DNA from: Salisapilia sapeloensis CBS 127946 | Lineage: Eukaryota; Protista; Oomycota | Length of the DNA: 64,000 nt | Assembly: GCA_023334545.1 (NCBI GenBank) | Contig: JAADVB010000016.1 | Coordinates: 1 to 64,000 of the forward strand | Reading direction: 5' to 3' | Part shown: in pieces, positions 42,591 to 52,887 of the stretch | How the letters are laid out: every line of letters starts with the position of its first letter | Numbering within the stretch: position 1 is the first letter of the stretch | Notes under the pieces: generated by a model | The model's input: only the letters and a program-made list of their open reading frames with translations | Databases searched by the model: none | What the model was told of the DNA's origin: nothing | Position numbers and translations under genes: made by a program

Positions 42591-44156
42591 CTTGGGAGTG
42601 ACAAAGAAAGTTGGGTTATGATGATAGAAGGACAAACGATTCGGATTTATAAAGCAATCACGGGGAGTAACTCGATTGTAAAATCATCTAGTCGTAGAAA
42701 ATACCTATTCGGCTTAGTTGGTCGAGCGAATTTATTAGGATAGAAATTATGGGTGTACTTTGTAGCATCAGAGGGAAATACTTGGATTCGGTGAAAGCGG
42801 CAGCACTGGGTGATTTGATTTCTCTTGATAAAAATAACCTCCTACAGTCCTCTTTGCATTTACTACTGCCTAAACATCCAGAGCTCGAAGCCTAACTATA
42901 ACATCGTTTTTACAATCACGGGTTCGATTATGGTAGTCTTGGAATTTCAAGTGACATCGACTAGAAACGCCCATTAATTAGCCTTTATAGACCATGGGCA
43001 TCCAGAAAATGAATTGCTCTGATGAATTTCTGGTACTAAAAACAACCTCCGGGGGTTGTCTTCTCTTCAGAGAGTTCGGGACTTTATCTGTCTGTTATAC
43101 TAATTCTTCTAGTGAAATCAAAGTGCACGCTCGATACATGCCTGAGTTGGATTGCCAACAAGACCGAAGGAAAGATTGACTGATGTACAAACAAAGAGAT
43201 CTTGAGCACTTGATGCATGCATCAAAAATTGCAACGGGGAAAGTAACCTCGTTGGATATGAGATTTGAAACGCGTGAAAAGAGAAAAGCATTGTATATTC
43301 ACATGGATGTAAATATTTACAGATGATCTTGCATTGACAACGAGAACGGCTCTGGAGGCAAATAGTCGTAGATGATTTGTTATGAAGCAGCTTATCTACG
43401 AATAAATATATGGGAGAAACTACTGAGAAACAATAAAAATAGGTTTTAATCTTGAGTCATAGGAGATGAATAGATGCATTTAAAAGACGTGGAAAGAATT
43501 GGAAAGCAGCAGCAAGCCAAAACAAACAAATTTATGAAGCTATATTTTCAAACTACACCCATATAGCCAGGGGCACACGAAATATGCGCTTTCAAAGCTC
43601 AGAACCGGTTCTTTTACGCTTTCAACCAACGCTTTGACAAAAGACAACATATCGACCTTAGATTGTAGCAATTCGGTCGCAACAGAACTGAAAAGTATTC
43701 GTGTTAGTCGTATAATCAAGTACTAACTCTTTGGCTGACGGCACTGAAACGAAGATTGAAGTTTACTCGTTCACATTCTTCATCGATGCCCAGAAAGCAA
43801 GATATGCTTGGCAAAGTATCTCTCCTGTCAAGCATCTTCCCAAACGCAAACCTTGCCATTTTACGCGCTGCTACAAAACACTTCAAGCGGACATAATGTA
43901 GCTTTTGAACTACGCTATTTATCAACATCATCCAACTCACTTCGCCAGACTTGGATTGCCTACGTGTCCACACTTGTTCAAGATGCAGCTCTTCAACTTC
44001 AACATGGATAGCTACTCTACATATTTATTTTCAAAGTTATCCACATATAAAGCTAAAATACCTAAAACAGCCTAATGTAAGATTCTTATTTATAAACCAA
44101 CACCCACATCCTTTCAACAACAAAACGAAAAACATCACAAAGACGACCAGGAGATC

Positions 44157-46460
44157 ATGGAGCTCTCGGTCGTATCGTTACCAGACAACTCGCTCGCCGG
44201 CACAAACTGCGTCTACGTTTCCGGAGACACCATCAAACGCCTTTATAGTGCCACGCCTCGCGGTGTCACTTCCTCGGACGAAGTAAAGGCTGTGGGACTG
44301 AAAGTTTGGGTCAATAGCAAATACGTGTTCTCTGCTCGACCGCATAAGCATGTCGAGGAAGGATGCCTTGCCGTTGGTTCTATCCAGCGAGAATGCGTCG
44401 GTTTACCGCTGGACCGCCCCTGTCAATTGAAACCTTACGTTCCTCCGAAAGGAGGACGTTTGATCGCCAGCGCCACGTTCGAGGTGCAGCGCGTGCTGAC
44501 GAGGTCTCAGTCATCTTCTGATCGAGTGGTCGACTGTGAAGTATTGAAAAAGGAGTTCCAGGAGACCTTTGCGAAACAAGTCTTTGGTATCGGTCAGCTT
44601 CTCATCGTCTACTGCGATAACGTCCCTTTGCGTCTACAGTGCCAGTCGCTCGATAGTGTAGATCTAGAAGGTAGTAAAGTAGAGGACCAGGACAATTCTT
44701 TCCGTACGACCGTCGGTCAAATCCATCCAGACGCTATCCTTGCCTTCACGAAAGGCAAGGACGCGCCCGTTCGCCTCACGAACCAGTCTAGTGGTCAAGC
44801 CAAGACTGTGTTCAAGCCTGATTTCGATTTTAGCAAACTAGGCATCGGAGGTCTCGACAAGGAGTTCAATGACATCTTCCGTCGAGCCTTCGCCTCTCGT
44901 CTCTTCCCGTCCGACGTCATCGCAAAGCTCGGTATCCAGCACGTTCGAGGCATGCTACTTTTCGGCCCTCCTGGTTGTGGTAAGACCCTGATTGCTCGAA
45001 AGATCAGTCAGGCGCTCACTGCCAAAGAACCAAAGATTGTGAACGGTCCGGAGATTCTAGACAAGTTCGTCGGCGAGTCGGAACGTAAGATCCGAGAGCT
45101 CTTTGCTGACGCGAGACAGGAACAGGAAGAAATGGGAGACGATAGTGAAGTGCATATCATTATCTTTGACGAAATCGATGCTATCTGTAAGAGTCGTGGG
45201 TCTTCTCGCGACGGAACTGGCGTCGGTGACAGTGTCGTGAACCAGCTCTTGACTCAGATCGATGGTGTCGATAGTCTAAACAACGTTCTTGTTATCGGTA
45301 TGACGAACCGAAAGGATATGTTGGACGAAGCGCTCATGCGTCCGGGACGGTTGGAAGTGCAGATCGAGATCAACCTGCCTGATGCTAAAGGTCGAGCTCA
45401 GATCCTGCATATCCATACAAACCGGATGAGGGAGAAAAAGGCGTTGCATCGTAGCGTCATCCAGGACCTCGAGTCATTTGAAGACCCTTCGAAAGCTCCT
45501 TCGGATGATCCGGATTACCGAAACCTCGTGCAGCGAACGAAGAACTTTTCTGGTGCTGAGATCGAAGGTCTCGTGCGTGCTGCGACGGCACATGCTTTGT
45601 CTCGAGGTACCGACGGTCAAAAGTTTACAGCCGCGAGTAACTTCGATCCGGTCGTTCGGATGGAAGATTTTAACTTGGCGTTAGAAGAAGTGAAACCCAA
45701 GTTTGGTGCACCGTCAGACGAATTGTCCTTGCACTATCGCAACGGCATTGTCCCGTATGGTCCGAACTTTGATAATGTCTACTCTTCCATCATGCGTGTC
45801 GTGAAACATGTACAGGCAAACGATCGTACGTCTGTCATGTCCGTCCTTCTTCATGGTGACAGAGGAAGTGGAAAGACAGCATTAGCAGCGTACAGTGCTG
45901 TAGCTAGTGAGTTCCCGCTCGTGCGTATGATCAAGGCGTCTGACTTGATCGCTCGGTCGGACAGTGCCAAGTCCTCGCACATTTACAATGTCTTTGAAGA
46001 GGCGTACCGATCGCCTCTTAGTCTGATCATTCTGGACGACATGGAACGGCTCATGGATTACGTTGGCATGGGTCCACGCTTCTCAAATCCAGTGCTCCAG
46101 GCGCTTCTGGTGCTCGTGAAGAACCCAGTGCCGGTGAAAGGACGTAAGCTAGTGGTCATGGGCGTCACATCCAACATCGATGCGATGCGAGCTTTGGAAC
46201 TCGCCGACTCGTTCGACATGAGTGTCGAGGTACCTTTGCTTTCGTCTCCAGAGGAACTGACGGCTGTGTTGGACCATGTCAAGCTACCAACGAGTCGAGA
46301 GGAGAAGAGTCGGATCGTCGATCTATTGGGTACGCGTCCGGTGCCAGTGAAGAAACTGTTGACGATATCCGAGATGGTGAAAGAAGAGCTTGCGAGTACA
46401 GGGACGAAGGAAGTATCGGCAGATATGTTTGTCGATTGTGCCAACCGCTTTGATCTTTAA
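44157..46460 (+). CDS. NSF: Vesicle-fusing ATPase NSF/Sec18
   Basis: GIGGLDKEFNDIFRRAFASR, GPPGCGKT, IIFDEIDAIC, GMTNRKD; second AAA domain GDRGSGKT. Confidence 0.96.
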   Translation: MELSVVSLPDNSLAGTNCVYVSGDTIKRLYSATPRGVTSSDEVKAVGLKVWVNSKYVFSARPHKHVEEGCLAVGSIQRECVGLPLDRPCQLKPYVPPKGGRLIASATFEVQRVLTRSQSSSDRVVDCEVLKKEFQETFAKQVFGIGQLLIVYCDNVPLRLQCQSLDSVDLEGSKVEDQDNSFRTTVGQIHPDAILAFTKGKDAPVRLTNQSSGQAKTVFKPDFDFSKLGIGGLDKEFNDIFRRAFASRLFPSDVIAKLGIQHVRGMLLFGPPGCGKTLIARKISQALTAKEPKIVNGPEILDKFVGESERKIRELFADARQEQEEMGDDSEVHIIIFDEIDAICKSRGSSRDGTGVGDSVVNQLLTQIDGVDSLNNVLVIGMTNRKDMLDEALMRPGRLEVQIEINLPDAKGRAQILHIHTNRMREKKALHRSVIQDLESFEDPSKAPSDDPDYRNLVQRTKNFSGAEIEGLVRAATAHALSRGTDGQKFTAASNFDPVVRMEDFNLALEEVKPKFGAPSDELSLHYRNGIVPYGPNFDNVYSSIMRVVKHVQANDRTSVMSVLLHGDRGSGKTALAAYSAVASEFPLVRMIKASDLIARSDSAKSSHIYNVFEEAYRSPLSLIILDDMERLMDYVGMGPRFSNPVLQALLVLVKNPVPVKGRKLVVMGVTSNIDAMRALELADSFDMSVEVPLLSSPEELTAVLDHVKLPTSREEKSRIVDLLGTRPVPVKKLLTISEMVKEELASTGTKEVSADMFVDCANRFDL

Positions 46461-46464
46461 GCAA

Positions 46465-47709
46465 TTAAAACATTTCATTTCCACTTGCATTTCGTTCTAG
46501 TAGTGGCGTATGGTTCTTGATGACGTCTTGCACCAGTAACTGTTCACTTGAGATGGCTGCGGCATCCCATGCGTCCACTTCTGCTATACATAGGCGACAG
46601 AAGGTAACAAGCGACTCGCCCGAGGCATTGTCGGGACTTATAAAGCATATGCGTTTCTTCACTCGACAGTAGCCACATAGATTGACGGAACAGAGTCGAC
46701 ACATGGCTCCACGCTTACGTACTTCTCCTGTGCTTAAAAGACATTTGCATCCACCACAATTTTCACTTGTAACTCGCATCGATAATCGACTTTCACCCTT
46801 ATCTACGAGATGCATGGCAAAAACGAGTTTCTTCATCTGACCGAGACTTGTACGTCGAGACACGTTACGTCCGAGTCCATGAGCGGCTGCTTGAATCATA
46901 AATGGACGCTGGAGCTCCCCACCACTATAAAAAGCAGATTTCTCCAGTACCTCGACGACGCCTGGTTTTACTTGTCGATAGAGCCCAAAGATAGAATAGT
47001 TTGCTCTTGTCGTGCCATTTGGCATGACACCCGCTGTCTCGGGTACTTCGAGCGAATGCATGATGTGGACACCTACGCTTTCACCGTTATGAAGCTCCGT
47101 CATGGTGCTGTACTCGAGATAGACAAAGCTGACATTCTTTGCAAACATACGGACAAAAGGTCTGTGATGCTGCTCTCGATACTTGATAGCTAGCGATTCA
47201 AATGGTGTGGAGGGTGTCGGAGATATTATAGTTGCGAGCATTGTTGCGTCGAGAGAACCATCATCGGCATATTGACGCTTCATACGTACTTCATCGATGG
47301 TATGGTTTAGAATGCCGTACATGGCGTCATGTACAGATCCTTTCAAGGTTCCTTGGAGCTGAAAGTCTGCGACGAGATTGTAATCGATCTCTTGATCCGT
47401 GATCGTGGACGAGGTAGAAGTTGTGGTGAGACTGTCTCGAGCGACAGGATCTGGTGTTCGCCACGTCCATCTTCGTGACTGAGTCTTCTTACGATCACCT
47501 CGAAGACGTACCCACGTACAAATATCGTCATCTGTCCGAACGAGCTTCCAATCCTTTGGATGCAGCGGAGGTCTCATCTTTTTAGCATATTCTTCGAACG
47601 CTTGGACGTGCTCATCAACGAGCGAGTGAGCGAGATCGATAACGTACTTATTATCGGCAGGCGATAAGTTTAAGGGTGGGAACGGGCTAACGTATCGAGC
47701 AACTGGCAT
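46465..47709 (-). CDS. Oomycete START-like + FYVE-like zinc finger protein
   Basis: SPFPPLNLS, WKLVRTDDDI, GTLKGSVHDAMYG, FVYLEYS, HSLEVPE; CGGC..CRLC..CGYC..FCRLC. Confidence 0.85.
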   Translation of the reverse strand: MPVARYVSPFPPLNLSPADNKYVIDLAHSLVDEHVQAFEEYAKKMRPPLHPKDWKLVRTDDDICTWVRLRGDRKKTQSRRWTWRTPDPVARDSLTTTSTSSTITDQEIDYNLVADFQLQGTLKGSVHDAMYGILNHTIDEVRMKRQYADDGSLDATMLATIISPTPSTPFESLAIKYREQHHRPFVRMFAKNVSFVYLEYSTMTELHNGESVGVHIMHSLEVPETAGVMPNGTTRANYSIFGLYRQVKPGVVEVLEKSAFYSGGELQRPFMIQAAAHGLGRNVSRRTSLGQMKKLVFAMHLVDKGESRLSMRVTSENCGGCKCLLSTGEVRKRGAMCRLCSVNLCGYCRVKKRICFISPDNASGESLVTFCRLCIAEVDAWDAAAISSEQLLVQDVIKNHTPLLERNASGNEMF

Positions 47710-48209
47710 TGGATACAGACGTCAGATTCCGTTTGCGACCTGGAAGGTAAGTTTCTAATTGCAAGGAGGTGGCAAGGTAAATGAAGCTATGAGTGACCCA
47801 GATTTCGCTTCTGATGACCACAAATTTACGACGAGATGACTGTATCACGTACCTTGAATGGATTGATCGCCGTCCATCGCATCACTGCTATAGAGTTCAA
47901 TTGTACGATGATGGGTACATCAATTATATATCCAAGTTTCTAGTCCACCTACGGATGCGTTCGTCGTAACGTCAAGTCAGACGAGTCTCATGTGCGTGGA
48001 AACTGCATCAATCAAGTTCAAATACCAAAAGATTCCATCAGCTAATCTCCTCTCTTCCTACTCAGCATTTCTTTCGAGTTCTATCACACGCATCAAAAAG
48101 TACATAAAACTTTCATGCTTGGAAACTAAACAACAAGTATGATGTTCAAGTAAAAGATTTTGACATTCGGACAGATACTTTTACTCGCATGGTGTTGATC
48201 TGATCGACC

Positions 48210-49265
48210 TTATAGGTGTCTGGTACGGATGTTAATAATGCCAGGCTCAGCGCTCGGCAAGACCCTCGGACGGACGTCAGCAACCTCGTCGATCTTCTGG
48301 CGAATCTCCGGTGTGATCTTGTCGATGAACTCAGCCGCCTTCAAGTTCTCCTCCAATTGTTCCACACTCGTGGCACCGAGGATCACCGTCGACACATTTT
48401 CGTTCGCAGCACAGTACGCAAGCGCAAGCTGGGCCATGGTGCAGCCAACCTCCTTGGCAATCGGCTCCAACTTGCGGGCCTTCTCGACCTTAGGCTCCAT
48501 GTCATTCTTTAAGAACTCGTAGTCCTTGAGGGACAATCGAGAGCCTTCCGGAATTCCGTCGCGGTACTTGCCAGTCAAAATACCAGAAGCAAGCGGCGAC
48601 CAGATCGTCGTGCCGTACTTGTACTTGGCGTACAATGGAGCAAAGTCAAAGTCAACGCGAGAGCGCTCAAAGATGTTGTACTGCGGTTGGTCGTAGCACG
48701 GACGGATCAAGCCGAGGCGGTCAGCAATCTCGCATGCCTCGATGATGTCCGTGGCGTTCCATTCGCTCGTGCCCCAGTAGAAGCAGTAGCCGTGGTCAAT
48801 CAAGTAGTTCATGCCACGAACTGTTTCTTCAATCGGCGTCTTCGGGTCCGGACGGTGGCAGAATACGAGGTCGACGTAATCAAGGCCCATGCGCTTGAGC
48901 GAACCCTTCATACCTTCGAAGACGTGCTTCCTGCTCAAACCGCGATCATTCGGGCCGGTCTTGCCGTTGCCGAAGAAGAGCTTGGTCGAGAGGACGAGGT
49001 CTTCACGTTCCCAGAGTCCGCGCTCGATACCAGCCTTTACGACCTTTCCCATAATCTGTTCACTCTGGCCATTCGCATACACTTCAGCGTTGTCAAAGAA
49101 GTTAATGCCTTGCTTGTAAGCATGCTCCATGATCGAGTACGCTTTTTCAAAGTCGAGCTGGTTGTCAAAAGTGACCCACGAGCCGAAAGACAAGCGGGAG
49201 ACGAGGAGACCAGTGTTGCCGAGGAAACGGTACTTCATGTTGTGGGATCCGGTCGGGTTGGACAT
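48210..49265 (-). CDS. Aldo-keto reductase, Kv-beta (KCNAB)-like family
   Basis: MKYRFLGNTGLLVSRLSFGSW, FFDNAEVY, LSTKLFFG, YWGTSEW, WSPLASGILTGKY, ILGAT. The start at 49265 is supported by the promoter motif. Confidence 0.95.
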   Translation of the reverse strand: MSNPTGSHNMKYRFLGNTGLLVSRLSFGSWVTFDNQLDFEKAYSIMEHAYKQGINFFDNAEVYANGQSEQIMGKVVKAGIERGLWEREDLVLSTKLFFGNGKTGPNDRGLSRKHVFEGMKGSLKRMGLDYVDLVFCHRPDPKTPIEETVRGMNYLIDHGYCFYWGTSEWNATDIIEACEIADRLGLIRPCYDQPQYNIFERSRVDFDFAPLYAKYKYGTTIWSPLASGILTGKYRDGIPEGSRLSLKDYEFLKNDMEPKVEKARKLEPIAKEVGCTMAQLALAYCAANENVSTVILGATSVEQLEENLKAAEFIDKITPEIRQKIDEVADVRPRVLPSAEPGIINIRTRHL

Positions 49266-49322
49266 TGCTGCTGAAAGGTGGTTTCTACTTGAGCCGAGCG
49301 AAGGTTTCTTGTGCCGGATGAA

Positions 49323-49340
49323 GCAAATTCGAAAATGAGT
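49323..49340 (-). promoter_or_regulatory. INR+FPR core promoter of the AKR gene
   Basis: Minus strand ACTCATTTTCGAATTTGC, close to consensus. Confidence 0.7.
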
Positions 49341-49900
49341 TTCGATGTGAGTCGAAGTTGGCGAAAGATACGGTAGGAAGTATTCGGACACTAGTAATTT
49401 TAGAGGTGTATCACCTGTCCAATGCTCCGACGACGGTATTTTTAAAGCATAAATGGGATGTAAAATCTCTATGGATGTCCCTTGCACGACTAGTATAGAG
49501 GAGACTGGACTATTGGAGTCGATGGTAGTTCACCGAGAAGGTAAGGATAGCGGTAGAGTGGTTCTGTTCGTATGGCATCGCTGAGATCGAGCACAAGATA
49601 CTTGACACGCATTCGCATCCTACGGATTCGTAAGCATTCGTGAATAGAAATCACGCTACTTCAAGGGATCTACCACATACCTAGACAACTTCAACTTTGA
49701 CAAAACCGCTCTGCTCGAAGCAAGAACAAGCTTTGGAGGAGAAGTTTTTAATGCTCGTTACAAAATTAAAATAGGAGCTTGTAGTTTACACGAAAAGTAG
49801 CAAACCTAGCTTTAGTTCTTTGCCACATCCTCTATCTATAAATACCCTTCGTATGATAAGATCGTGAAGGGTGACGGTCCAAGCTAATCTGCTCGTTCTT

Positions 49901-49917
49901 GTCATTTCCAAACCTTG
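49901..49917 (+). promoter_or_regulatory. INR+FPR-like core promoter
   Basis: GTCATTTCCAAACCTTG, upstream of ATG 49945. Confidence 0.5.
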
Positions 49918-49944
49918 TGCGTTGCGAGCAATTCAGATTGAATC

Positions 49945-50619
49945 ATGTATTCGACCAAGACGCTCAACAAGAATATTGCGAAAAGCTACTTGACGATCGG
50001 AGATCCTTATCGCGATCCGTACTTGATGGATGCCAAAAATGAGCGACACAAAGGCAAACAGCTCATGACCGTGCCAGCAAAAAACTCGTGCAATGGCGGA
50101 GGCTACTTTACGAAGAAAACGTATGCGTCTGAACCGCTGCAGGATAATACGACGTATCTGGCATCTCAGCCGATGGACAAGCGTAAAGCTGGCTTTGGAT
50201 CAAAAGATGCCAAGCGTCGAGATGAATTCATGAGCCACGTTCGGACCGAACAATATCGCGAGACATTGCATCACGAGATTGCCATTATGGAGAAACGCAA
50301 GCAAGAGGCGAGAGCGGGAGGAAAGATAGAAGAAGAACCAGATTTCAACCAAGAACATACTTTCCCAGAAGGCTTACAAGAAACCAAATATCTCTATGAC
50401 ATCGGTCGATCCCAGAGCACCGAGTTTAACCAAAAGTCTCATCGCGACACCTTTTACTCCATGCGCAAAGGAAGCTGTCCGATCCCGCGTCGCAATGGTC
50501 CGTTCATGCTTAGCTCCCAAGAAGTCGGACGCGGTGCAGACGACGTCAGTGGCAACCGGCCAAGCCCAAAAGGCGCTAGCACCCGACAGTTCTACGATCA
50601 TAGCCACCTCCACGTGTAA
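49945..50619 (+). CDS. Conserved protein resembling flagellar/centrosomal UPF0602 (C4orf47/CFAP96-like) proteins
   Basis: Clean 224-aa ORF with promoter. The N-terminal pattern YLTIGDPY..KGKQLM..K..GGYF resembles the YITVGDKY..KNKQML..GYF of that family as I recall it. The family call is tentative. Confidence 0.65.
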   Translation: MYSTKTLNKNIAKSYLTIGDPYRDPYLMDAKNERHKGKQLMTVPAKNSCNGGGYFTKKTYASEPLQDNTTYLASQPMDKRKAGFGSKDAKRRDEFMSHVRTEQYRETLHHEIAIMEKRKQEARAGGKIEEEPDFNQEHTFPEGLQETKYLYDIGRSQSTEFNQKSHRDTFYSMRKGSCPIPRRNGPFMLSSQEVGRGADDVSGNRPSPKGASTRQFYDHSHLHV

Positions 50620-50723
50620 CCTAGATACATCCTTTCAAGTTCCATATCAGTATTGCCCAATAAAATGTCTACTTTATTTTTACATCCAATCACGCGTTTG
50701 CTTGTCAATTTATTTGCTGCACC

Positions 50724-52186
50724 ATGATGGACGGAGGAAGTAAGCACCGTCGTACTCACTCCTCCGGAGCGAGTGCAGTCGAGAAAGGTGCTGGAAGCAA
50801 TGCCGGGCGTCCTTCTTCCAAGCCTGGAGGAATTGTAAAATGGCTTTCTCCTTCCGTCCTGCTCACGGTCATCGCAATCTCTGCGATGGTAGTCGGATAT
50901 GAGATGTGGGCACTCACGAGTGCATCCGGAAGTCTCCCTCTTCTGCAAAGTTTCTATGAGAAGGATATGGTGGAAATGACGACAAAGTACGGACCGTTCA
51001 CCATCGAATTGTATCCTGAGCATGCGCCGAAGACCGTTGCAAACTTCCTCCAGCTCGTCCAGGATGGATTTTACTCGGAAGACACAGGCTTCTACCGTAA
51101 CGAACCCAAATATGCTTTACAAGGTGGCGGGTTCCTCATCGGTAAAAAGTCTCCGTACGGAAAAGTACCCGTGGAATACAGGTATCTACATGAATGGTCA
51201 AATCAAGTCGATATTGTATCTCATGACTCGATCTAGTTTGCCAAGCGAAGAGCGCATGGTCGTACTGGCTCGAGGCCACAAGTCAGATTCAGGCGATTCA
51301 GAGTTCTCGATCATGCTCCATGACAACAGTATGTCCCGTCTAGCAGTCATTTGTACATATCAGCTCATCAATTCTTGTAGCCGCGTCGAATAAGCCGAGA
51401 GAGGATGACCCTGGATACACAGCCTTTGGTCGAGTCGTCCAAGGATGGCCTACCGTCGAGTTTATCTCGAGAAAGATGTCGAGTGGCTTTGTGGCAAAGG
51501 ATGAGGCATATCGCCAAACCAAGTTTGAAGGTGTGAAATTGGCGAAAACGATGACGATCGACCATCCTGTCGCTCGCCGACGTCTAGAAGAGCTCACGTA
51601 CATCATTGAAACCCCTTTTACTGTCGTCATATTATCCGAACCAGACGATGTGGATACGGCAGAATTGAAAAGGATATTCGCAGAGCATAATGCCATTACA
51701 ACAACCAAAGAAATTACTGGTAGGAAACCGTACGAGCGGGAGGCCGCAGATGCACTTACCGGTAGCAAGCCACTACCAGTTGTCTTTATTGATAAGAAAC
51801 CTATTGGTGGCTTGGAAACCGTGAAAGCACTCGATCGAAATGGCTTTTTAAATAGCAAACTCGAGTCTGCCGGTGCCGTGTCCGAGACGACTGTCTGGAA
51901 CGCAATTAAGAAGAACCCGCTGGTTGTGTTTAGCAAATCCTACTGTCCGTATTGCAAGAAAGCAAAAGAGACATTGGCAGAGCTCAAGGCAGAGCCGCTT
52001 GTGATGGAGCTGGATTTGAGGGAAGACGGACCAGGTATCGCCCGGTTCTTGTTCGATCTGACGGACCGGACGACCGTGCCAAATGTGTTCATCCGAGGCA
52101 AGAGTATTGGTGGAGGCGACGAAGTTGAAGCGATGATGCAGTCGGGCGAGTTGGAAAAGAAATTGAAGGAGGCAGGTGCGATTTAA
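50724..52186 (+). CDS. Membrane-anchored cyclophilin-like PPIase fused to two glutaredoxin folds; 3 exons
   Basis: TM 50840-50910; cyclophilin motifs IELYPEHAPKTVANF, FYR..YALQGG, SEFSIML, YTAFGRVVQGW (introns 51182-51236 and about 51329-51379); Grx1 without CxxC (LPVVFIDKKPIGG); Grx2 VVFSKSYCPYC..TVPNVFIRGKSIGGGD. Confidence 0.9.
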
Positions 52187-52887
52187 ACAAGAAATTTTCT
52201 TTTTTCATTAGCGCATGCAGAGGCTCTATACGACTTGCCTTGAAGTTTGGCCAGTCGATAGATGCTTGATGTAAAGACCAGTCAATCTGTCATTCCGTGT
52301 CGATTGAGCACCAGAGTAGGTACGCTGGGTGCGATTCTATCGCCAGAAACTAGACTCGTTCCGATACCAATCGATTACCACGAGCTAGATAGTTTTCTTC
52401 CTTGATTGCTTTTTAACCATCAGTCTTGCAAGAATCGACAATAAGAGAGCTACTTAATGCTCATCTTGGATGTCAACTTCTGCTTGTGTAGAACGTGTGA
52501 TAGATAAGCAAATTTTCATTGGCTTGTGGATGTGCACGCAAAGCTACAACAGCGTCTATGTGTGGCATGGCTATTAGAAAATAAAGTACACACGGATGTG
52601 TGACCCGTAAGGAATTGCAGACGAATCATTTTGTACTCCTCATTGATAAGCACAACACATCTCTTTCGTTTTCATCCGAACGTAATTTTCTTGCATCCTC
52701 TCATAAGTCTTTTTCCGTCGCGTAGAGTGATTACCGGTCTCCTTTCGATCAATACTCTTCCATCCAAACTTGTTTGTGTAAAACGCGAGTTGGAAGGAGA
52801 GGCTGCATCAAGCTCATTCGTGCAAAAACCAGGTGTCCACGTCGCAACTTCCTGCTTACGCTTCTTCGAACCTGTCATTTCTCAATC

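Noticed and set aside
48687-49274. 195-aa ORF antisense to the aldo-keto reductase
   Set aside because: Shadow ORF of a strongly codon-biased gene.
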